Shown: in pieces, positions 10,375-18,811 of the stretch
How positions within the stretch are numbered: position 1 is the stretch's first letter
Layout of the letters: every line of letters starts with the position of its first letter
Assembly: GCA_965248575.1 (NCBI GenBank)
Contig: CBDFJQ010000002.1
Span: forward strand, 1,504,001-1,568,000
DNA from: Planctomycetota bacterium
GTDB lineage: Bacteria > Planctomycetota > B15-G4
Length of the DNA: 64,000 nucleotides
Direction of reading: 5' to 3'
Position numbers and translations under genes: made by a program
Notes under the pieces: generated by a model
The model's database searches: none
What the model was told of the DNA's origin: nothing
What the model saw: the letters and a program-made list of their open reading frames with translations, nothing else

Positions 10375-11250
10375 TCAGGATAGCAGTCCGTGGCGGCGGG
10401 CGCGCCCCCGTGGGTCGCACTTGTAGTCGACCCGCCAGAGGAACAAAGCGTGGGCCGGGAGGGAGGCGGGTGCCTGGGTGCGATCAGCGGCCATCAGCAG
10501 TCCTGGCACCTCGCCGGGCAGGACGCGGCCCCGGCCCACTTCCACGAGCAAGCCGGCCATGAGCCGCACCATTCCGTACAGAAAGCCCTCCCCTGAAACG
10601 ACGAGGCGCACGCTCCGCCCAAAGCGCAGCAAGCGGACCGCTGTGACCGTCCGAACCGTGCCCCTCTCGGCGGGCATGACTTTGCTGAGCAGCGTGAAGT
10701 CGTGGGTCCCGGTGAGGGCTCGGGCCGCCAGCCTCATGGCCCCCAGATCCAGGTCGTCCGGCACCGCGAGGTGGGTTCCGCGACGATGAGGCGGGACGGA
10801 TCGCTGGATGAGACGCTCGCCACCTCGCAGCGGGGAGAGGTGCAGCTGGTAGACGTAGCTCTTGCGGATCGCCGAGTGCCGCGCATGGAAGTCCACGGCG
10901 GCGGGAACCAGGCTGACCGGCCGGACCGAGAGCGGGAGCAAGCCAGACAACGCCCCGCCCAGGCGCCTCTGGTCCATGCCCCCCTCGTCGTCGAAGTGAG
11001 CCACCTGCCCCAGGGCGTGGACCCCCGCATCCGTGCGGCCAGAGCCGACGATCCGAACGGACCGATCCAAGACCTCGGACAAGGCCTCCTCCAACACCCC
11101 CTGCACGGTTCGACGGTCTGGTTGAACCTGCCAACCCGAGAAATCGGCGCCGTCGTAGGCCACGGTCAGGCAGCGACGACTCGTCGCCGACCGGCCAGCC
11201 TGCCCCAACGTGCCGTCGCTCACTCCGTCGTCCTCGACACCTTCAGCCAT
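10375..11250 (-). CDS. truA: tRNA pseudouridine(38-40) synthase
   Basis: AYDGADFSGWQVQ, GSGRTDAGVHALGQV, FHARHSA, GFLYGMVR. Confidence 0.95.
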   Translation of the reverse strand: MAEGVEDDGVSDGTLGQAGRSATSRRCLTVAYDGADFSGWQVQPDRRTVQGVLEEALSEVLDRSVRIVGSGRTDAGVHALGQVAHFDDEGGMDQRRLGGALSGLLPLSVRPVSLVPAAVDFHARHSAIRKSYVYQLHLSPLRGGERLIQRSVPPHRRGTHLAVPDDLDLGAMRLAARALTGTHDFTLLSKVMPAERGTVRTVTAVRLLRFGRSVRLVVSGEGFLYGMVRLMAGLLVEVGRGRVLPGEVPGLLMAADRTQAPASLPAHALFLWRVDYKCDPRGRARRHGLLS

Positions 11251-12640
11251 ACACCCGGCGGGCGCGGGACGAGCCGATCTTCATGGCCTTGCGGTACTTG
11301 GTCACCGTGCGCCGGGCGATCTCCAACCCGTGCTCCTGCTTGAGGATGCCCACGATGCCTTCGTCCGATAGGGGCTTGCTCTTGTTCTCGCCCTCGATGA
11401 TGGAGCGCACCATTTCCTGGACCGAGGCCCGCGAGGCCACGTCGCCCCCCGCTGTCGGTTGAGCCGAGGCGACTTCGCCGGTGAACAGCGCCTTCATGGG
11501 CATGATGCCCCGGGGCGTCTGCATGTACTTGCCGCTGATGGCACGGCTCACCGTACTGACGTGCACACCCAGCACATCGGCGACTTCCTGCATGCGCAAC
11601 GGCCGCAAGGCCGACTTGCCGTGGTCGATGAACTCTGACTGGCGGTTGACCAATTCGCTGGCCACGCGAAAGAGCGTGTTCTTGCGCTGCTCGACGGCGT
11701 CGATCAGGGACTGGGCGCTCTCGATCTTGGACCGGATGTGCTTTCGCAGCTCGGCAGGTTGGCTCCGGTCGCGCGCTCGGTCGATGTAGGCGCGCGACAC
11801 GGTGAGTGCAGGGATCCAGTCATTCTCCAGCGCGATCTCGTAGTCATCGCCGACGCGATTCACGACGACGTCCGGCCGCACGTGAGGGACCTCTCGACGC
11901 CCGAAGCTGCGCCCGGGCACGGGGTCCAAGTGACTGATGGTCTCGATCCCCGCCAGCACGACATCCACGGGCTCACCTGTCTCCCTGACGATGCGCGGGA
12001 TGCGGTTGTGTGCGATGTCATCCAGGTGCTGGATGACCAGCGAAGCGAGCAGCTGGTAGTTGCTGAGGTGTTCGTCGAGCTGCAGCAACAGGCACTCGAT
12101 GAGGTCGCGGCAGCCCACACCGCGCGGTTCGAGGGACTGCACGATGTGCAGCGCGTGCTCCTTCTCCTCGTGGGTCGCGCCAGGGTTCAGCCCGTCATCG
12201 AGCTCGCTGAGCTCGATGTCGAGCCAGCCACGATCGTTCAAGGCCTCCAACAGCGAATGGGCCACGGACTGTTCGCGTGACTCCAGCTCGAGCACGTCCA
12301 GCTGACGGATCAGATGGTCGTGCAGGGTGACCGGAGCCGCACTGACCGCTTCCAGGTACTCGGTCCGCGAGATCTTGTCGTCGCTGGCGGCCGGCTTCCA
12401 CTCCGGATCCTCGTTGTAGAGCTCCTCGAGACGCTCATCTCCGAACTCCTCCTCGGTGGCGCTCTCGGTGTCGGACAACTCCGTGTCGACCTCCAACACC
12501 TCGTTCTCCTGCAGCTCCTGCTGGACCATGTTCGCCAGATCGAGGGCGGGCAGCTGCAAGACCTCGATGCGCTGCAGGATCTGCGGCGAGAGGCGCAACT
12601 GCATGTCCGTGCGCAGGGACTGGTTCATCCCGACCTTCAT
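11243..12640 (-). CDS. rpoN: RNA polymerase sigma-54 factor
   Basis: Region I LSPQILQRIEVLQLP; HTH VADVLGVHVSTVSRA; RpoN box IARRTVTKYR. Confidence 0.97.
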   Translation of the reverse strand: MKVGMNQSLRTDMQLRLSPQILQRIEVLQLPALDLANMVQQELQENEVLEVDTELSDTESATEEEFGDERLEELYNEDPEWKPAASDDKISRTEYLEAVSAAPVTLHDHLIRQLDVLELESREQSVAHSLLEALNDRGWLDIELSELDDGLNPGATHEEKEHALHIVQSLEPRGVGCRDLIECLLLQLDEHLSNYQLLASLVIQHLDDIAHNRIPRIVRETGEPVDVVLAGIETISHLDPVPGRSFGRREVPHVRPDVVVNRVGDDYEIALENDWIPALTVSRAYIDRARDRSQPAELRKHIRSKIESAQSLIDAVEQRKNTLFRVASELVNRQSEFIDHGKSALRPLRMQEVADVLGVHVSTVSRAISGKYMQTPRGIMPMKALFTGEVASAQPTAGGDVASRASVQEMVRSIIEGENKSKPLSDEGIVGILKQEHGLEIARRTVTKYRKAMKIGSSRARRVYG

Positions 12641-13329
12641 GATGCCGGCGGCCCCGATTCGACATCGCTCGGCAGATCGACTCCCGGCGGGGAGACAGCT
12701 TGGGGCTTCGCTGCCGCTTTCCCGTCAGCCTTGGTGTCCATCGACGCCCGGCCGCGGAGCGAGTCGGACAACATGGCCGCGTTGCTGTACTCGATCGCAC
12801 TCCCTGAGGCCACGCCCCGGGCGATGCGCGAGACCAACACCCCGCTGTCCGCGAGGCTGCGCTTGACGTGCAAGGCCGTAGCGTCCCCTTCATAGTCCGG
12901 GTTGGTGGCCAGGATCACCTCGCGCACGGTGCCGTCCATGACGCGCTGGACCAGGGAATCGATGGTCAGGTCCCGGGCCTCGATCCCCTCGAGCGGGTTC
13001 ACGTGACCGAGCAAGACGTGATAGTGACCCGACCAGCCCGCGTCCTCGAAGGCTGGAACATCCCGCGGTTGCTCCACCACCAGGACGCGGCTTGCGTCCC
13101 GGGTCGAGTCGGTGCAGACGGCGCACGGGCTGCCGTCCGCAAGATTGTGGCAGCGCTCGCAGGCCACCACGCTGGCCGAGAGCGCGGCCAAGGCCTCCGC
13201 CAATTCCGCAGCCTCGCCAGCCGGCGCGCGCAAGAGGTGGAAAGTGAGACGCTCGGCAGTGCGCGTCCCCACGCCGGGCAGGCTCTTGAAGGCCTCGATC
13301 AGGCGCGTCACAGACGGTGGATACGCCAT
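12637..13329 (-). CDS. recR: Recombination mediator RecR
   Basis: LPGVGTRTAERL; C4 zinc finger CERC...CAVC; Toprim EVILATNPDYEGDAT. Confidence 0.96.
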   Translation of the reverse strand: MAYPPSVTRLIEAFKSLPGVGTRTAERLTFHLLRAPAGEAAELAEALAALSASVVACERCHNLADGSPCAVCTDSTRDASRVLVVEQPRDVPAFEDAGWSGHYHVLLGHVNPLEGIEARDLTIDSLVQRVMDGTVREVILATNPDYEGDATALHVKRSLADSGVLVSRIARGVASGSAIEYSNAAMLSDSLRGRASMDTKADGKAAAKPQAVSPPGVDLPSDVESGPPAS

Positions 13330-13332
13330 TGA

Positions 13333-13638
13333 CTAGAACTCGGGCAGCTTCAGCCCGCCCACCAAGCGAGCTCGCTGTTCTTCGCGATAGGTGCGACTGG
13401 CCTCCGTGGCCTGCCGCAAGGCAGCCAGGATCGTCTCCTGCAACAGAGGGGCATCCCCCGTGGCGACCAGCTCAGGATCCAGCTCCATGGCGACCACGTC
13501 TCCGGCGCCATTCACTCGCACCACGACCCCGCCTGATCCCGCACTGCCCTCGGTCACGTGACCCTTGAGGGTCTCGTCGAGTTCGGCCAACGCCTTCTCG
13601 AGATTCTTGGCCTTCTCAAGCAGGTGGCGAAAGTCCAT
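13333..13638 (-). CDS. ybaB: YbaB/EbfC nucleoid-associated protein
   Basis: MDFRHLLEKAK...EGSAGSGGVVVRVNG...LLQETILAAL; sits between dnaX and recR. Confidence 0.9.
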   Translation of the reverse strand: MDFRHLLEKAKNLEKALAELDETLKGHVTEGSAGSGGVVVRVNGAGDVVAMELDPELVATGDAPLLQETILAALRQATEASRTYREEQRARLVGGLKLPEF

Positions 13639-13709
13639 GCGGCAACTCCGGTGACTGGCGATGACGTCCCGGATCAACGCCGGGTGGCCCGATCGTGCCC
13701 GAGCTTGCC

Positions 13710-15500
13710 CTAGAAGTCGACTCTCTCGGCCCCTGGCCACTGCTGTTCGATGCCCTGCCCGATCGTCCCCTCGGACGAGGCCGGTGCCCCCGCACCGCTC
13801 GCTTTGCCCCCAGCACGTGCCCCACCCGAGCCCCCCGCACTTCCGGCCGATGCCGCCGGACCAGCGCTCTTCTTGAGCAGCTTGAGGTGCAAGGTGCGTC
13901 CCTCGATCCGGGAACCGACCTCCGCCAGCTGCTTCGCCAACTGCTTGTCGCTCGTCGGGTCGTAGAGGGGCGATGGACCGTCATCCGGCAACTGGATCAC
14001 GAGCGCATCACCGTTTATGCCGATGCCGCCATAACGCTCCATGTCCATCCGCAAGGAGCGGGAAGGCAGGGCCTCGATGAATCGATCGCGAAAGCTGGCT
14101 GGCGCGGACGGCTCCGGGCTCGCGTCATGAGCTGCGGGTTGCGCAGCTGGGGCCGCAGGAGCAGCCGGGGCCGGCGCTGGAACCGGTTCAGACGGAGCTG
14201 GAGAGCGGGCGGTCGCAGCTGACTCTTCTCCCCAGGCATTCTGTTCACGCGCCGCCGGGGCAGGGGCTGCCTTGGCAGGGGCTGGCTTGGGGGCGGCTGC
14301 CTTGCCGGTGGATGCCGTGCCCTTGGATGCCGGACGGACGCGAGGCTGCGGCGCTGCGGAGCTTGGCTGTGCCGCCAGACCGCCGGACGCCAGGACATCC
14401 GCAACAGGCTGCAGCTGTTGCAGACGCGCCAGCGTGATCAAGGCCATCTCCACCACTAGGCGGCCGTCGTGCCGACGCTTGAGGCGCTCGGTCGCCTCGA
14501 CGAGCACGTCGAGCATCGCCATGACGTGATCGACCGAAGCTGCGGCCCCCAGTTGCTTCAGTGTCTCGCGCTCTTCGGGCGTCCGATCGGCGGGCTCTCC
14601 CCCTGCGCAGGTGACCAAGACACCTTCCATGAGCTCGATCAGCTGCGAGATCAGGTCGGCGGGACGTGCGCCGCGACCCAATGCATCTGCGGCGGCCTGC
14701 ACGACGCCGTCCACCTCCCCCGCCAGGGAGGCCCGAACGACTTCCTCAAGCAGCTCAGGCGGAAGCCGCCCGGTGAGACGCTCGAAGTCGTCCACCGTGG
14801 GCGTGCCTTCACCGAAGGTGATGAGCTGGTCGAGCAGGGTCATGGCATCGCGCATGCCGCCATTGGCGTGTCGGGCGATACGGTCCAGCAAGCCCTGTTC
14901 GACCGGCACCTTCTCGGATTCGCAGATCTGCGCGATGTGCTTGCCGATCACGTCCGCGGTCAGGCGTCGGAAGTCGAACATCTGGCAACGGGAGCGAATC
15001 GTCTCCGGAACCTTCAGAGGTTCCGTGGTGGCCAGGATGAACTTCGCGTGCTCCGGGGGCTCTTCCAACGTCTTCAACAAGGCGTTGAAGGCCGCGGTGG
15101 ACAGCATGTGCACCTCGTCCACGATGTAGATGCGGTAGCGGGACTCCACGGGCCGGAAGCGCAGGTTCTCGATGAGGTCGCGCACGTTCTCGACGCGGTT
15201 GTGGGAAGCCCCGTCGATCTCCACCACATCAAGACAATCGCCCGTCCCGTCGATGGCCTTGCAGACGTTGCATTCGCCGCAGGGGTCCCCCTTGTCGCTG
15301 CCGTGACAGTTGAACGCCTTGGCCAGGATCCTGGCCATCGACGTCTTGCCTACGCCACGCGGACCGGAGAACAGGAAGGCGTGCCCCGCTCGACCATCCC
15401 TGACAGCGGAATGCAGCACTCGAGCGACATCGGATTGACCCGCAACCTGATCGAAAGTGCGAGGTCGAAAGCGGATTGCGAGAACGGTGTAGCCAGCCAT
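13710..15500 (-). CDS. dnaX: DNA polymerase III subunit gamma/tau
   Basis: YTVLAIRFRPRTFDQVAGQ, FSGPRGVGKTS, DEVHMLS, TIRSRC. Start at 15500, because the longer ORF overlaps the SRP RNA. Confidence 0.97.
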   Translation of the reverse strand: MAGYTVLAIRFRPRTFDQVAGQSDVARVLHSAVRDGRAGHAFLFSGPRGVGKTSMARILAKAFNCHGSDKGDPCGECNVCKAIDGTGDCLDVVEIDGASHNRVENVRDLIENLRFRPVESRYRIYIVDEVHMLSTAAFNALLKTLEEPPEHAKFILATTEPLKVPETIRSRCQMFDFRRLTADVIGKHIAQICESEKVPVEQGLLDRIARHANGGMRDAMTLLDQLITFGEGTPTVDDFERLTGRLPPELLEEVVRASLAGEVDGVVQAAADALGRGARPADLISQLIELMEGVLVTCAGGEPADRTPEERETLKQLGAAASVDHVMAMLDVLVEATERLKRRHDGRLVVEMALITLARLQQLQPVADVLASGGLAAQPSSAAPQPRVRPASKGTASTGKAAAPKPAPAKAAPAPAAREQNAWGEESAATARSPAPSEPVPAPAPAAPAAPAAQPAAHDASPEPSAPASFRDRFIEALPSRSLRMDMERYGGIGINGDALVIQLPDDGPSPLYDPTSDKQLAKQLAEVGSRIEGRTLHLKLLKKSAGPAASAGSAGGSGGARAGGKASGAGAPASSEGTIGQGIEQQWPGAERVDF

Positions 15501-15570
15501 CCGGGCGAGTCTAGCAGTCCGGCTCAACAGCGGGCGAACGGAGGGCTGCTCAGCACCGGTTGCTGGAAGT

Positions 15571-15694
15571 GGCGGCGCGTCGAAGGAGGGAGTCGGCAAC
15601 ACAACGAAGACTGCGCTTAGGGCTGCTCCCGTCAGGGCCTGACCCGGTTCACGCGCTCCGCTCGCTACCGACCCCCACCGTCGACGCGCCAGCC
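15571..15694 (-). ncRNA. ffs: Signal recognition particle RNA (4.5S)
   Basis: Minus strand GAACCGGGUCAGG-CCC-UGAC-GGG-AGCAGCC domain IV motif within a long rod with paired ends (GGCGCGUCGA...UCGACGCGCC); conserved position upstream of dnaX. Confidence 0.9.
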
Positions 15695-15858
15695 ATCACT
15701 GATCGTTCATCGGGTCCAGGCGCGACGCCCAGGGTGCCGCCTGACCGATGAAGGCGCGCCCTCCGAGAGGGCCTTGTTGATTCCAGGGTCTCTCGAAAGA
15801 CCCCTCCTGCTCCTCCTGGCCCTCCACCACGGGAGATCCCCAGGAAGCACGACGTGAG

Positions 15859-15947
<89 letters not shown>

Positions 15948-16034
15948 ACAACACATCGTGTGCCTGCAAACTCGTCTTCGTGCGCACCCGCCAGAGGCAG
16001 GTCGTGTCCGGCGTCCCCCCGCGCTCGGGGGAGT

Positions 16035-16126
16035 TGGCGGAGAGGGTGGGATTCGAACCCACGGAACGGTTTGACCCGTTCACTCGCTTTCCAAGCGAGC
16101 ACAATCGGCCACTCTGTCACCTCTCC
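16035..16126 (-). tRNA. tRNA-Ser(GGA)
   Basis: GGAGAGG...CTCGC-TT-GGA-AA-GCGAG, long variable arm, GGTTCGAATCC, CCA. Confidence 0.95.
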
Positions 16127-16196
16127 GCATGGACCGCCATTCGGTCACGCGGGACGCGATGACCGGCCGGGCATTGTAGGGACGAATCTCTTTCGC

Positions 16197-16703
16197 TCAA
16201 CCGTGTGTGTCCGGCTTCCTTCGCCGAGCGGCAAAGAAGTCCACCAGCAGCTGCCCGCAGCGCTCGGCCTCAAGGGGCTCGTGGACCGACACCCTGTGAT
16301 TCAGCCGAGGGTCCCTGACCACGTCCCGCAGGGAGCCACACGCTCCAGTCTTGGGGTCCGTGGCCCCGAAGACCAGGTGATCGACCCGCGCGAGCACGAT
16401 GGCGCCGGCACACATGGCGCAGGGCTCCAAGGTGACCGCCAGCAGGCAGCCCGGGGGGAGGCGAGCCGCACCCAGCCGGGCGCAGGCCGCCGTCAGTGCG
16501 AGCCGCTCGGCATGAGCCGTGGGGTCCGAGCGCTTCAGGATCTCGTTGTGCGCGCGCGCCAGACAGCTTCCATCAGGAGCCATAACGACAGCTCCCACAG
16601 GGACTTCCGCCATTTCGGCCGCGTGTTCTGCCTGCTCCAGGGCCCACAAAAGGGCTTGGCGACGTAGAGCTAGCTCAGGCTCGGGAGGACGGTCTGGCAG
16701 CAT
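16197..16703 (-). CDS. tadA: tRNA adenosine(34) deaminase
   Basis: EVPVGAVV, DPTAHAE, TLEPCAMCAGA, DPKTGACGS, LNHR. Confidence 0.95.
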   Translation of the reverse strand: MLPDRPPEPELALRRQALLWALEQAEHAAEMAEVPVGAVVMAPDGSCLARAHNEILKRSDPTAHAERLALTAACARLGAARLPPGCLLAVTLEPCAMCAGAIVLARVDHLVFGATDPKTGACGSLRDVVRDPRLNHRVSVHEPLEAERCGQLLVDFFAARRRKPDTHG

Positions 16704-16786
16704 GGTCTCGAGCTCGTTCAGGCAGGCACACCTGCCGGGCACGGACGCCCGCATGCCCGGCGTCGTCCAGAAGCCGGACGTGGCAG

Positions 16787-16863
<77 letters not shown>

Positions 16864-16922
16864 ATCCGACACTGCCGCGTGCCGAACCCCCAATGGGTGG
16901 GACCGACACGACGAGCGCCAAG

Positions 16923-16951
16923 AGAGAACATTCCGCCGCGCCCCATGTCAA
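16923..16951 (-). promoter_or_regulatory. Candidate sigma70 promoter for tRNA-Arg/tadA
   Basis: Perfect -35 TTGACA, 17-nt spacer, weak -10 TTCTCT, 60 nt upstream of the tRNA. Confidence 0.35.
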
Positions 16952-17392
16952 CACCAGACGTGATGAAGGACCTCCGAAACAGGCGACCATCCCCCCGATC
17001 CGGTCGGGACTCGGTGCGATCGGGCCCAATTTTCACTGAATTCCGGAAAAAACTTTCGGGCTTCAACTTCATCCGCTGAGAGGCCCGAAACGGGAACGCA
17101 TGTCGTCGTGTACATCCCGCGCAACACGGACCGCCCAAAGGCACAGTTCGAGAAAAAACCCGACTTCCGCAGGGTTTTCCGGAACACGACGCTTGCGCGC
17201 CGCACTGCGCACAGCTCGTGAACAACTGACGTCGCCGCCTGTGGACAACTCGTGTGTCACACCGAATCGAGTGCGTGTGTGCGGCCGAAACGCGCGCTTG
17301 GTGCTTCATCCCGTGCGCAATCCACCGATCCAATACTCGAAGGGCGCATGTGCCCCTTCACACATCCTTTTGCAAAAGGGAGGCTCCTGACC

Positions 17393-17839
17393 ATGGCTAA
17401 GAAAGCCACTCGCAAAAAAGCGACGCGCAAGAAAGCGACGCGCAAGAAAGTGACGCGCAAGAAGGCCACGCGGAAGAAGGCAACCCGCAAGAAGGCGACG
17501 CGTAAGAAGGCCACCAAGAAGAAGGCCACGCGCAAGAAGGCCACCAGGAAGACGACTCGCAAGAAGGCGACTCGTAAGAAGGCGACTCGTAAGAAGGCGA
17601 CGCGCAAGAAGGCCACGCGCAAGAAGGCCACGCGCAAGAAGGCCACGCGTAAGAAGGCCACGCGTAAGAAGGCCACGCGCAAGAAGGCGACTCGCAAGAA
17701 GGCCACCAAGAAGAAGGCCACGCGCAAGAAGGCGACTCGCAAGAAGGCCACCAAGAAGAAGGCCACGCGTAAGAAGGCGACTCGCAAGAAGGCCACCAAG
17801 AAGAAGGCCACTCGCAAGAAGGCCACGCGCCGGAAGTAG
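17393..17839 (+). CDS. Histone H1-like / HctB-like basic repeat protein (148 aa)
   Basis: MA followed by about 29 KKAT(R/K) pentapeptides; GGGAGG SD; nucleotide variation between repeats is mostly at synonymous positions; downstream terminator. Confidence 0.88.
   Translation: MAKKATRKKATRKKATRKKVTRKKATRKKATRKKATRKKATKKKATRKKATRKTTRKKATRKKATRKKATRKKATRKKATRKKATRKKATRKKATRKKATRKKATKKKATRKKATRKKATKKKATRKKATRKKATKKKATRKKATRRK
17399..17830 (+). repeat. Coding 15-bp tandem repeat (AAGAAGGCSACKCGY-like)
   Basis: Directly visible 15-nt periodicity, with one 12-nt unit (KTTR). Confidence 0.95.
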
Positions 17840-17889
17840 TCTCTTTTCGCCGCCCACAAGGCGACGAGAAACTGCTTTTCAAAGCGGAC

Positions 17890-17932
17890 GATGGGCGTCC
17901 TCTGCTTCGGCAGGGGGCGCCCATCTGCGTTT
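17890..17932 (+). terminator. Intrinsic terminator after the histone-like gene
   Basis: gatgggcgtcctctgc-TTCG-gcagggggcgcccatc, a C(UUCG)G loop followed by tgcgttt. Confidence 0.7.
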
Positions 17933-17966
17933 CAGGGACTGTTCACGGCCTTGCAGGCCGGTTTCT

Positions 17967-18653
17967 TCACAGCTCGGAACCCTTCGACCCCTCCCACTGT
18001 TCCAGGAGCTCTGGGGTCAGGTGCTCAAGGGTCTCCAGGCAACACTGAGCTCCGGCTGCCTCGTGTTGCGTGCCGTCCTGGCCCGGCGCTGGGACCGCCA
18101 CGACGGTCATGCCTGCCCGCACGCCGGCCTCGACTCCGTGCACCGCATCCTCCACGACCAAGCAGGACGCGGGTGCGCAACCCAGCTGCCGCGCGGCTTC
18201 GAGAAACAGATCCGGCTCGGGCTTTCCCCGCTCAACGTCGTCAAGACACACCACGGCGCCGAGAAGCCGCCTGATTCCCAACTTGTCCACAACGAGATTG
18301 ACGGCTAGGCGACGTGACGAAGATGCCAACGCCAGTCGATAGCCTTCGGAAGAGAGGCTCAAAAGGCATGCCAGCGCACCGTGCATGGGGAGCATGGTGC
18401 CCGCCGCCATTCGGTCCAAGCTCAACCGAACGCGCTCATCCGCGAGTCGTTGGGGGTCATCGCTGAGTCCGAATCGCTCGACCAGCAGAGCGAAGAAGGC
18501 CTGCTCCGACATGCCTCGGCACGGGTCGTACTCCTCCTGCGCCAGGCTTGCACCCCGAAGCCGCAACACATCGTTGGTCGCGGCAAAGAGCACCGGCTCG
18601 CTGTCCACCAGCACTCCATCCATGTCGAACACAACGGCTTCGATGGTCACCAA
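17967..18653 (-). CDS. HAD-IA family phosphatase (beta-PGM/CbbY-like)
   Basis: FDMDGVLVDSE, ALASSS, GKPEPDLF, VEDAVHGVEAG. Confidence 0.9.
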   Translation of the reverse strand: MVTIEAVVFDMDGVLVDSEPVLFAATNDVLRLRGASLAQEEYDPCRGMSEQAFFALLVERFGLSDDPQRLADERVRLSLDRMAAGTMLPMHGALACLLSLSSEGYRLALASSSRRLAVNLVVDKLGIRRLLGAVVCLDDVERGKPEPDLFLEAARQLGCAPASCLVVEDAVHGVEAGVRAGMTVVAVPAPGQDGTQHEAAGAQCCLETLEHLTPELLEQWEGSKGSEL

Positions 18654-18811
18654 ATCGTCTCCACGGGACTCGCCAATTGGCCTCGGGTTCTACTCGTCAC
18701 GCGTGAAACGCGTCCACTGTCCAGGCACGATTCGTGTGATTGCACTTGTCTCTGCCGCCCCATGCACTTAGAAACGGGCCGAGACGGGCCACACTCCAGC
18801 ACGAGGAGCGC

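Noticed and set aside
13710..15500. E. coli-type dnaX -1 frameshift site
   Set aside because: No A-AAA-AAG run seen on the coding strand.
15501..15602. N-terminal extension of dnaX in the ORF track
   Set aside because: It overlaps the SRP RNA; DnaX homology begins at MAGYTVLA (15500).
16960..17094. Hammerhead-like fragments (GTGATGA...GAAAC; CTGAGAG-GCCCGAAACGGG)
   Set aside because: The CUGANGA/GAAA core is incomplete and I could not form stems I and III.
17240..17248. DnaA-box-like TGTGGACAA suggesting oriC
   Set aside because: Only one good box, no cluster, and no dnaA or dnaN nearby.
17399..17830. Tandem repeat as a CRISPR array
   Set aside because: Contiguous 15-bp coding units with no unique spacers and no cas genes.
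17257..17924. Minus-strand ORFs with RVAFL / GLLAR / WPSCA repeats
   Set aside because: These are antisense shadows of the KKATR gene; the SD, terminator and synonymous variation all support the + frame.
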